This document shows, one piece after another, positions 39,743-51,384 of a DNA stretch of 64,000 bases. The stretch covers positions 65,658,001-65,722,000 of the forward strand of contig NC_043008.1 of NCBI RefSeq assembly GCF_006345805.1, read 5' to 3'. How positions within the stretch are numbered: position 1 is the first letter of the stretch; every line of letters begins with the position of its first letter. The notes below the pieces were generated by a model, which saw only the letters and a program-made list of their open reading frames with translations, did no database searches and was not told the origin of the DNA. Source of the DNA: Octopus sinensis. Taxonomy: Eukaryota. The translations under genes and the position numbers were made by a program.

Positions 39743-40789
39743 GTAAAAATTATGCCATGGTCAACTTTGACGTTCACTCGAAATCGTAAAGTAAAATGCC
39801 AGTCAAATATAGAGGTATACAGTATCAAAATACGTCATCTCCTTTCAAAATTGCTGGCTTTGTACCTCAACTAGAAACTATTACTATTATGCCGATGAAG
39901 GTTTGTATATTATTACATATTCAACTAAATACACTACAGACTGATTATGCTACAGCATTCTGCTTACTTCTAGTAATTAAGATTTATAGCTTATCATTCA
40001 TATATGACTTGCTCTGTATTATATTTTAGAATATTTATTAACCACTATTATTGTTTGACTACTAAATCTAATGCATCAGTAGTTATTTATATGTCACATA
40101 AACTGGGCTTTTGTACAAGTGTAATTACAATTTTTAATTGCTTTTTTGTTCTTTAGTGTATGGTTACATTTTTCTGACAATTTGTTAAATAATTATAAAT
40201 ATGATAATTCTAATAGCGAATATAATGCTGTGAATTATTCAACCACTAATAAAAGGATGATAATTTTTCATGAATAATAAATTGTGTGTTTTACAATAGT
40301 ATTCGTAGATTACATTAACAGTACTACTGTACCATTATTTGTTATTATATTACATCTTAAACACAGCTATGTGCGTGAATAAATTATAGGAAATATCTTG
40401 TATTCATAATATTTGCTCCCTGGAGAGTATTAGAAACAAACAACAACGACTGATTCTATCGAAGAGCTTATATTCATTAAAGAATAAACTATTTTAATAC
40501 ACGAGTTGCATTTGAGAAATCTTGGTACTTTTTAGGTGAGGTAGTTATAACTGTTCTAAATTATTGTAATTTAAGTATATCATTATGCGTCTAGTAAGCT
40601 GATATGCGAATTTTGTTATTCTAGGCTAAATACGGCAGCTGTAACAACACTTTAAACACTACTTACTAAACACTATTTGTCACAGCTGACTTGTTTGCGG
40701 AATGTAATCGGGACTTGAAGATAATTCGAAAGCCCGGTACGCAATAAAATTTTGTGTTGAAGTGGTCAAAAACGCTGTAGAAACTTATG

Positions 40790-40990
40790 AAGGGTTTTAG
40801 ACTGTTTATAGATTACTTTTTTTTTCTTTTCCTTTTTTTCTTTTTTTTTCTTTTTTTTTTGTTCTTTTTTACCTTTTACGATCCCTTTTGATCGAAAACC
40901 TACGCCACCATTTTTATTCTCCCCCAAAAGAAAAGCTCTACCTTGTAACTTGTCCCATCTGTGTGCAGCCCTGTGTGGCCAATACAGAAG
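40790..40990 (+). mobile_element. L1/Tx1 LINE 3' UTR fragment
   Basis: ttttacgatc.cttttgatcga..cctac..aaaga aa gctctac.ttgtaa..tgtcccatctgtgt.cagccctgtgtgg is shared with 54940-55060. Confidence 0.7.
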
Positions 40991-41296
40991 CTTATAGATT
41001 AACTTGTGTGAGTGGAGTATCTGTTTTTCGCTGACCAAGCAAAGCAAATCCACAAGCAAGCTGATGAGGTACATGATGATTCTGTATTTCGTAAACGAGG
41101 GAATCAATTACATCCAGTAGGTTTCGTCTGGTCAGACAGTCTATAAAATGTACTTAGTGGAGGTTTCGAGTCAATTCAGAAATAGATTTCATCGCAACAT
41201 ATATAAAGAGAGAGAGAGAAAAAGATAGATAGGTAGATAGATAGATAGATAAATTGATTGATTGATTGATATAGATACAACACACGCACACACACA

Positions 41297-41386
<90 letters not shown>

Positions 41387-43116
41387 CTTAATAGCGGCAG
41401 AAGTATTCCTTATTTCCAACTCAATGTGGATGTTTGTGTTAGAACAGAATACTGCATTATTTGCTCAGAGAGTTTTCTCATATGGACTGCTGTTGCATAA
41501 TAGCACTCATATTTATACCGTTGTCAGACGAGAATCTTCTGCTACGGGCGCCGGTATTGCCAGATTACGTTATTTTGCCCTGCTTGTGTTCTTCAGTGGC
41601 AGACATCCGGTAGTGACGTCTGCCACTGAATCTCACTGTCAACGATATATACATTTTCAATGTTTCTTCAGACAGTGATATAGCAAATACCCAACAGAAT
41701 TATAACTATAACAACCAATAGCTATACAGGCAGTAATTATATATATATTGTAGTTATCGTAACATTAAACCGAGAATACGTTTTTTTTTTCCTTAATTGA
41801 CTGTAGTTGTGAATAAAAATAGCGATTTTTCCCAGAAATATTTTTCATACAATTTATGTATCTGTGTTTGCATCTGAAGTTAATGTTAGTGAACTATATA
41901 ACATATACTGCTTTTTCAATGTATAATATAAATCCTGTGACGTAAACATATAAGCAATGATATTGTAGTCATGGTCACCAGGTTATTTAGTCAGATGTAT
42001 TTATTTCAGACTACAATATTTGATGCATTCTGACTTTCATTTAACATAGCAGAGTGGGATGCGAGAGGAATGCTGCTATTTCTAACAAATTACTCTGCCA
42101 CCTAGAAGTGTCTTTGTTAGTTCGCGGGAATAGATTGTTACTGGAAAGTTTAGTTATATATTTATTAAGAGAAGTAATGATTTGTAAATAACATCAGCAA
42201 TGATTACGTATTTTGAAGCTATTGTAACATTAAACAGAGGATACATATTTTTTTTCCTAAATTGACTGTTTTGTGAATAAAAATAGCCAGTTTTAAAACG
42301 AAGAGTTTCCATACAATTTTTGTTTGCATCTGAAATTAATGGTAATAAACTATAGAACATGTAGTCTTTGTTCACTACTAGATTATGCGTTAAAACTTAA
42401 TGTAATTGCGAAATGTATAGATCACAGATGTAACTACAAACCCACGTGCTTGGATGACGGCCTCAGTGAACTGTGTGAGTGTTGTCACGCCCAAGTCAAA
42501 GAATTGCAAAGCAGATTGATTCGTTTGGAACTTCATGATTGATAAATATAAAAGAACTTCTAAGGAGGCGCATGTGCAGTTTGCAGTAATGATACCATAA
42601 TAATTAAATTAAATAATTAGATTTATTAATTAGCCACAGACCATTTGTTGAAATTGATCAGTTTGATCACCCATATCGACTCTGCTATGATACTAGAATA
42701 AATTTTATGAACCTTGGCGAGATAAAAGTCATGATGACCTGGCCAAATTTAAACTTGGGATTTATAGAGACCAGACTGCATATTGTAAGGTATTTAGTAA
42801 TAAAATTTCTATTAGAACCAAGTTATAATATGTCAGCAAATTCCTATCCTGTAATTATAATTAACTGTTTAATATGACGTCATCTAAAGATTTCACAGTG
42901 GAGAAAACAAAAGAGAAACTTTTCTGGGGTGGGGTCTACTGGAAGAATAAATGTAACAGTAATCGAAAGTTTGGTTTAAAAAATTCCCAATGTATTTGAA
43001 TACTATAATCCAGTCTTTAATTAATAATTTTAACAAAACAAACTATCCATATGTGTATGTGTGTGAATGTGTGTACATATATATATATATACACGCACAC
43101 ACACACACATATATTA

Positions 43117-43660
43117 CGAAGTCTGATCAATAAGTATCAGGACTTGCTATGGTAATGGAGGTAAAGTACGGTGAGTGAGGCCGCTTGTCTGAGATTGACC
43201 TTGGACTTTGTCACGCATGCCTACTAGGGAATTACCTTCTCATCCACCTTTATCTATAACAGTGCTTGAAATGAAAATATGTCGCGTCTGGTCGTCTCCG
43301 AAAGAAGGTCGGGTTTTAGCTGTGTAATATCCCCTTGGTTGAGTCGAAACTTTTTCAAAACGGTCATAACAGGTGACAATTTGTATGTCTATGGCTACGA
43401 CTCAAACAAAGGACTGAATGGAATATCTCTTGAAACGGACAAGATTTCAATACGTCATAGAAATTCAAGAGAATGTGACAATACAGCTATTCGCTATACC
43501 CTAAAGAAGTTCAGGAATGCTTCCATCAGCGGAGTCGACGTTGGTTAAAGTGTGTCATTTCAAAAGGGGACTACTTCGAAGAAGCATACTTACCATATTG
43601 AACTGTGTTATAGTTTAGTTTTTATAGCACCAATTCGATAATTTTTTCCTCATACCTTGA
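43117..43660 (+). mobile_element. Internally deleted mariner derivative
   Basis: TA|cgaagtctgatcaataagtatc terminus; remnants FFKTVITGDN.YVYGYD and FQECF.Q...RW.KCVIS.GDYFE. Confidence 0.75.
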
Positions 43661-43802
43661 TATTTATATATATATGTGTGTGTGCGTATGTGTGTCTGTG
43701 ACTGTGTCTGCGTGTGTATATCTGTGTATGTACGTATATATATATATATATATATAAAACTATGGTGGTATATATAGATAGATATATGCATATACGTATG
43801 TA

Positions 43803-43834
<32 letters not shown>

Positions 43835-44861
43835 CCTGTGGGGAGGATGCGTACGTGCGTATTAATTAAACTCTAGTTAGGATAGCTTTGCGAAATATCA
43901 GTAAATGCTTTGTAAATTTCTATATCGGAACGAAAATTTTTGGTTTAGCAAGCCCGAGATACTTGTTGCAGAGGAGACAGAATGACTTTAAAATATCGTG
44001 CCTAGCGATTCACCTCTTATTTGTAACACCTATCTTGGGGAAATTTGTCTGTTCGACAAAAGATTACAGCTTTCACAACGGTAAACATGCATATGTGTGT
44101 GTGTGTGGTGTGTGTAGGTATGTGTGTAGGTGTGTGTGTGTGTAGGTGTGTGTGTGTAGGTATGTGTGTAGGTGTGTGTGTGTACGTGCATGTGTGTGCT
44201 TGTCTGTGCATTTGTGTGTGTGTGTATTCTCGCTGATTTTCATTTTTACATTCTGTTACTTCAAAAAGCAATTTCAGACGGACGTATCTGGCAGAAGGAA
44301 TTCCAAATTTTCCCTGCTAAAACAGTGAGAGTGTTATATCGTGTTACAGATTTCCGTTTTTATTATAAAAGCAGTCGTCCAATTTAACGAATGACAAAGC
44401 TTTTAATAGCAAACGTTTGTATAACATTTATTTACTCCATAACACTGTAATGACATAGAACTGTATTCAAAGAAATTCTATCTCATATATATTATTTCTG
44501 GTTCAATATCATTCAACTTGATCTACCTTTTCCCGATCTTTCGTGGTTTATATCCATCAGTTAAAGTTACCGCATGGAAAACGAAAGCTTATAGATCACA
44601 GATGTAACTAAAAACCCACGTGCTTATTTTGGTAGGTTAAGAATGAACAGACAGCTTAATTCTATAACGAATGACTTACTAATGTGAAAAATATTATCTT
44701 ATTAGCACATGTAAAACGTAACGTTATGGCAAAAGATTAAACTTTCTCTGTGGGGCTACAAGCTACAGTAGCATCCACCCTTAAGTGTTAGCCACATTTA
44801 AGTGGCAAATATACTTCAGGATGTCATGCTGGTACTGTGTATGCCTCGCTCAGAAATTTAT

Positions 44862-45789
44862 TATGCCTGCCAAGAGTTCGGCCTTACCATCAGCCTGAAA
44901 AAGACAGAGATCATGGGCCAGGACGTCGGAGGGGTCCCCAGCATCAGTGTCGGCGACCACAGCTTGCAGGTGGTGAACGAGTTCACTTCCCTGGGATCGA
45001 CGGTCTCCAGCAGCCTGTCCCTCGAGCCGGAGCTGGACAGACGGATTGGGAAGGCTGCTGCTGCCATGGCTAAGCTCTCCAGGAGAGTGTGGGAAAACAA
45101 CATGCTCACAATAACCACCAATATCGCAGTGTACCGAGCCTGCGTGCTGAGCACCCTACTCTACGGCAGCGAGAGCTGGACAACATACACCCGGCAGGAA
45201 TGCCGCCTCAGCGGCTTCCACATGCGGTGTCTTCGACGGATCCTTGGCATCTCCTGGAAGGACCGAGTACCAAACGGAGTCATCCTGGAACAGACTAATA
45301 TGCCAAGCATGTATGCCCTCCTCGTGCGGAGACGACTGCGCTGGCTCGGACACGTCTGCCGCATGCAGGATGGTCGCATGCCTAAAGACATTCTGTACAG
45401 CGAACTCACCACGGGATTCCGACCCAAGGGACGTCCACAGCTACGATACAGGGACGTGTGCAAGCGCGACCTGAGGACTGCCAACATCTGTTTGGACACG
45501 TGAGAGGAAACAGCTGCTGACCGCTCTGCCTGGCGTCGGACGGTGAGAAAAGGCGTTTCCATGGCTGAGGAGAGGAGAGCACAGCTGTGGTTGGACAGGC
45601 GGGACAGGAGGAGGACAACTGCAGCAACACCCCACACGTACCCATCGATGTTCGTGTGCAGCAACTGTACCAAGGACTGCCACTCCAGAATTGGACTGTT
45701 CAGTCACAGCAGACGCTGCACATCATCAAACTAGGCCCCACCCTTGGCGCAACCCATTGTCTATCAAGACAGACGGGGATAAAGAAGAA
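44862..45789 (+). mobile_element. 5'-truncated RTE-clade LINE (RT thumb to C-terminal zinc finger, 3' UTR)
   Basis: ACQEFGLTISLKKTE..LSTLLYGSESWT..FHMRCLRRILGISW..RRLRWLGHVCRM.DGR.PKDILYSEL..GRPQLRYRDVCKRDL, then one stop (45501-45503) and CSNCTKDCHSRIGLFSHSRRC* (stop ends 45734). Confidence 0.95.
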
Positions 45790-46021
45790 ATATATATATA
45801 TATATATATATATATGGTTAGTAAGGAGAGACACAAATAAGAAAGAAGAAAACAAAGGACCACTGATGCGGTCACAGGAGTGTGACGAACGAACTCTGGC
45901 CGAAATAAGATTAAGATTAATGTAAAAAATAAATAACAATGAAGCAAAATAACACCAAATATATAGTGCGTGTGTTTTTATTGGCTACACTGGCAAAATG
46001 ACCATTCCGAAATATAACAAT

Positions 46022-46300
<279 letters not shown>

Positions 46301-46878
46301 TATGCGTATTGGCAGAGTCGTTAAAACATCAGATAGATTTGTTTGCAGCAATCGTTCCGGCTCTGTACTTACATCCTTCTGAAGTAAGTAAGTAAGCACC
46401 ACTCAAATACTTGAGTTCAAAGTCTTGTCTTGCTCTGAACATTTTCATTATCTCTATCTCCTTGTCAATCCCTATGTGAGACATTGATTGTTAGGACAGG
46501 TTCCAGCAAGTTTTAGCTTCCTAAAAGACGCCTTGTACCATCATGGCGCCCCTACAAATCTACCAAATTACGTAGAACGCATGATATGTCATTTTAATTT
46601 TTGTTGTTTTTGCTGTCATTCGAACGTCCATGTTTCTGCTCCACCTAATAGATTTTAGGAACTCCTTTCATACAATAATATTTTAGAATCTTATACAATT
46701 TTTTCAGATGTTCAGTTGAAATTTAACTAATTTGGATTACCTTGATAATATTGTGCTGACATATATTTCCGTAGATACCGTTATTGATTTTAATAACACT
46801 GTGTGTGTGTGTGTGTGAAACAATTGTTGGATTATTAGGGTGTGATCTAAAATAAAGATATGATTTTCTTCGTATATA

Positions 46879-47716
46879 CGAGGTGTAAACAAATAGTATC
46901 CGACCTTGATCGTTTTGCACAAAATAATAATGCACGAGCAAAATCCGGATAAGTATTAAGTGGTCGAATCCTTTCTGAGCACGAACAAAAATGTTCGTTT
47001 TTGTAGGTTGCGCCGTCCGCCCGCAGTGACGGGTTGAGTACACGCGTGAAGAGTGTACTGTGCGATTTTTCCCATTTAGCAAAGATACTGTATTAAATTC
47101 TGCCACAAACATGGTGATACACAAACCCAGATTATTGAGAAGATTCAGAAGGCCTTTGGAGATGATGCGATGGAAAAACCTATAAATAAAGAAGTGACCG
47201 CACCTCAGTGAACGGTGAGCCACGTTGTGGCCGACCATCGACTAGCAGAAACGACGTAATGATCGCAAAGGTTCGAGGAATATTCTATGAAGACCATCGT
47301 GTGACTGTTTGGGCAGCAAAGAACTGTCACCTCCACCATGACAAACCCCCGAGCATTCCGCCCACGTCGTCCAAGCATTCCTCGTCAAACAAAACACACC
47401 ACTTGTGTGTCAGGCTTCCTGCACCGCAGACTTAGATCCTTCTGACTTTTGGCTGTTCCCAAAGCTAAAAAAAAAACAAACACCCAACGGAGAATGTTTG
47501 AGTCAACAGAAGACATTAAGCAAATTTCGACGGCACAGCTCTACAGCATCAGAAAAAGTGATTTCCAGAAATGTTTCCAGCAGTGGCAGGAACGCTGGCA
47601 GAACAGTATAGACTACCCCAAAGCGAATAAATTCAAGGGGACTAAATTAGAACGGTCAGTTTTTTAATGTTACTTGTTGTTTAACCAAAGATCGGATACA
47701 TTTTTACTACATATTA
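46879..47716 (+). mobile_element. Degraded, internally deleted mariner element
   Basis: TA|cgaggtgt terminus; remnants IKFCHKHGDT..QKAFGDD, EPRCGRPSTSR, LHHDK.P.H, DLDPSDFWLFPKLK and FQKCFQQWQERW. Confidence 0.8.
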
Positions 47717-47834
47717 TATGTATACGTTAAAAACTCTGAATTTCTTACAATTCTTCAAAACTATTGTTAGATTTACCTGTCATGCATGAGGATTTACCTG
47801 GGATTTGTATTCTACGTACACTTACTAGTATTTG

Positions 47835-48225
47835 GAGTGGAGGCGCAATGGCCCAGTGGTTAGGGCAGCGGACTCGCGGTCACAGGATCACGGTTTCGAT
47901 TCCCAGACCGGGCGTTGTGAGTGTTTATTGAGCGAAAACACCTAAAGCTCCACGAGTCTCCGGCAGGGATGGTGGTGATCCCGGCTGTACTCTTTCACCA
48001 CAACTTTCTCTCACTCTTACTTCCTGTTTCTGTTGTACCTGTATTTCAAAGGGCCAGCCTTGTCACTCTCTGTGTCACGCTGAATATCCCCGAGAACTAC
48101 GTTAAGGGTACACGTGTCTGTGGAGTGCTCAGCCACTTACACGTTAATTTCACGAGCAGGCTGTTCCGTTGATTCGGATCAACCGGAACCCTCGTGGTCG
48201 TAACCGACGGAGTGCTTCCAATCCC
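47835..48225 (+). mobile_element. SINE family B, full length with 11-bp TSD
   Basis: TSD actagtatttg at 47824-47834 and 48226-48236; tRNA-like head ggaggcgcaatggcccagtggttagggcagcggactcgcgg..gtttcgattcc. Confidence 0.92.
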
Positions 48226-48727
48226 ACTAGTATTTGATTGTTGAACCTTATTCTAATATACTTCGTGCTTCATTGATATTTGCCAGGCTTTTTAAACCCC
48301 ATTTTTTCTTATATATGTGTGTGTTTGTGTGCCTGTGTGTCTGTGTATTTATGTGTGTATGTATACCTATATATACATGTATAACTAACTTTGCATATAT
48401 ACGTGTATGCGTGCGTGTATGTGTGTGTGCATGTGTGTGTGTATACAATTCATATGAATGTGGTTGGGTGCACTCGTGAGAGTTAAACTACAATATATAA
48501 AAAAAAATTATAATGAAAATAAGTTTACGTCTCTGAAAGTATGTACATATGTACTCTAGCCAAAGTTATGTAAGTGTACATTTGTGTATAGATGCATCTC
48601 ATTTTATGTCTATCTTTCTCTCACTCATTCTCTTTCTCTCTCTCACTGTCTCTTTTGTTTCCCGTCAGTCGCTCTCTCTCCCTCTCTTTCTTTCTTTATA
48701 TATATATATATTTATATATATACAGAA

Positions 48728-48766
<39 letters not shown>

Positions 48767-48884
48767 TACAGACAGAGCCAGAGACAGCAAGAATTAGAGG
48801 GATAAGCAGTATACACTAATATGCAGCTATATACATATAGACATAATTGTTATTATCGTATATGTACATATATACATATATATA

Positions 48885-48920
<36 letters not shown>

Positions 48921-49012
48921 TGTATGTGTATGTGTGTGAGTATATATTTTATATGTATACGTAAGTACATGCATATACACACACATATATCTATACATGT
49001 ATGCATACCTAC

Positions 49013-49045
<33 letters not shown>

Positions 49046-49359
49046 CATACAAACTTACATTAACAAAATGAGGCATCCAGTATCCTAATTCTTTAGCTCA
49101 ACACAAAAAATAGTTTAAAAAAAAGAAATCAAAATAGCTGTTTGTCCACTTTCATCTCCTGTCTTTCTCTGTTATTTTCTCTGTCTACCTTTGATGCTTC
49201 ATCAATAAAAGAGATTGTCAGACATAATATAACAATAGAGGGAGAGGATAAAAAAAATCGGAAAAAAGCAACAATAAATGCAGATAATACACTGATGGGA
49301 AGTGAAGCTTGTGAATTATATTTATCTTTTAAATGCTTGGTTGGTCATAAGAAACTTAC

Positions 49360-49375
49360 TCGTAATCGTTGCCAT
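49360..49375 (-). CDS. Candidate first coding exon (MATIT, phase 1)
   Basis: gaaagtgagATGGCAACGATTACGA|gtaagt: good Kozak context (G at -3 and +4), a consensus donor, and a low-complexity UTR-like leader upstream. No partner exon confirmed. Confidence 0.3.
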
Positions 49376-49936
49376 CTCACTTTCTTCTTGCTCTTGTTGC
49401 TGATGTTGTCTTGCTTTTCGTTTTTTTTTGTTTTGTGTGTGTGAGTGTGTGTGTGTGCGTGTGTGTGTGTGTGTGTGTGTTGTGTGTGTTAAACAACTTT
49501 CTGGCAATACTAGAACAATAGATTGCAGCAGCCAGTTGTCTTCTTGGCTTCTTACCACAAATAAATATCACATTAATAAAGATGATGAAAGAATCGCGGA
49601 TAAAATGCTAGTATCTTGTCCTCCGGTTCTCTGAATTTACTGGCAAAGAAAAGAGTGTATGAAAAAAATAAGAAACAAACAAATAAACAAAGATGGCAGA
49701 TTATTGTCAGTAAAAATTGCTTTGAGCGTGATACTCATGGCTGACTCATAGGCCTGGCTTTCAAGCACTTGTCTACCCTTGCTAGAAATAAGAAACAATT
49801 TTCTTTTATATCACACTTTTCGGTCTTTTGAAATAGCGCATACTAGGCAATATTTTCTGTTTGTATATATATATAATATATATATATATATACATCTGTG
49901 AGTGTAGTTGTATATATATATATATATATAGATATA

Positions 49937-49968
<32 letters not shown>

Positions 49969-51325
49969 CATATATATATATATATGCATGTATTTACGTA
50001 CATGCATGAAAGACTGATATTTTGAATGTGGTAGCATAACGATGAAACAGCGCATTTAACTCCAAAAGAATATATGTATATCCAAATTCCAATCAAGTAT
50101 TAGACATAGTTTATCTTCCGATTTTCTTTATATATTATATAATTTTGAATTATTTACTGAGTGCAAATCCGAGAGCAGAACAGAAAGGATTTTACTTAAT
50201 GCCTTGTTATAACATATAGTGTGATGGGACTGTATAGTTAAGTGGGGTAAAACGAGTATGTTCTGATTTCTTATTGTCTCTTTATCTGTTTGAAATTAGT
50301 ACATTTCAGGTATTGCACCATCATTTTGTACTGCTGCATCATCTTTGGGAGCAAACATTGGTCAGCATTTTGTTGTTGTTATTGAATTTCAGAGAGTTTA
50401 AGATATAATCAGGTGAGAGGTACCTCTTATTCAAACATTTTTTCAATAAATTTGACCCCATTTTAATTGAGGTTGCTAATAAAATATCTGGATACGTTTT
50501 GGTGTTTAACATCGAAATTCATTTTCTCTGTTGGATTCCATCACAAATGTCCAATTTGATCATTTTTAAGCTTCAATTTTGAATTATCAAAAGATGATGT
50601 GTAAAGAGAAGCAAAATAAGTAATGAGTAATTTCAATTATTTCTGCTTATTTCAGTGCTTGTGGCCTAAATATATCAGCAGGTGAGACACACCTGCAGAT
50701 TGTGAATAAGCTATAGAGAATATTTTATGTTGAGTCTTTGGATCTCATATGATGTACAAGTTTTCCATGATCCTCTTTCATTCGACCCAGATATTTTTAA
50801 TGTTGCATTTCTGGTCTTTCTGATATCTAAGGAGAAATATTGGTGTATACGTGTCTTTTAGCAAATGTAATTTTGAAGAACTGAAAAAAAGAAATTACTT
50901 TTATGTCCTACTGATTTTGCCCCGCCTAAGGATGTCCTTGTATTCTCAAAATGAACGCGGATGATTTTCTGAAATACTGTTCTAAATATAAATATTTTAT
51001 AGCATTTTTAATACTTGTTTTGCGATGTAGTGAACATTTTTCAAACATACGTTTTTCTCAAAATAAAAGATGAATAAACATTACTCATTGTGCCCCACAG
51101 AGCTAATTTATGATGTTGCATAACGCAGTAAGCTATAGCTCCTGTTTTATTCTGCTCTTGTATCAGATAGATAGATAAATAGATACATACATACATACAT
51201 ACATACATACATTCCTTTCCTGAACGTCCAATAACACTATACTTGTTCCAGGTCCTCACGTTGTTGTGTTTTCTCTTTGTTCATGTTTGGATTAACTATA
51301 CATACATACATACATACATACATAC

Positions 51326-51384
<59 letters not shown>

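Noticed and set aside
42324-42542. ORF ending CLDDGLSELCECCHAQVKELQSRLIRLELHD
   Set aside because: Its 5' half lies in a duplicated non-coding segment, it has no splice support, and I cannot match it to a family.
49360-49375. CaMKII call from the MATIT N-terminus
   Set aside because: The next codon starts with A rather than encoding Cys, the intron position does not fit, and no kinase exons are visible.
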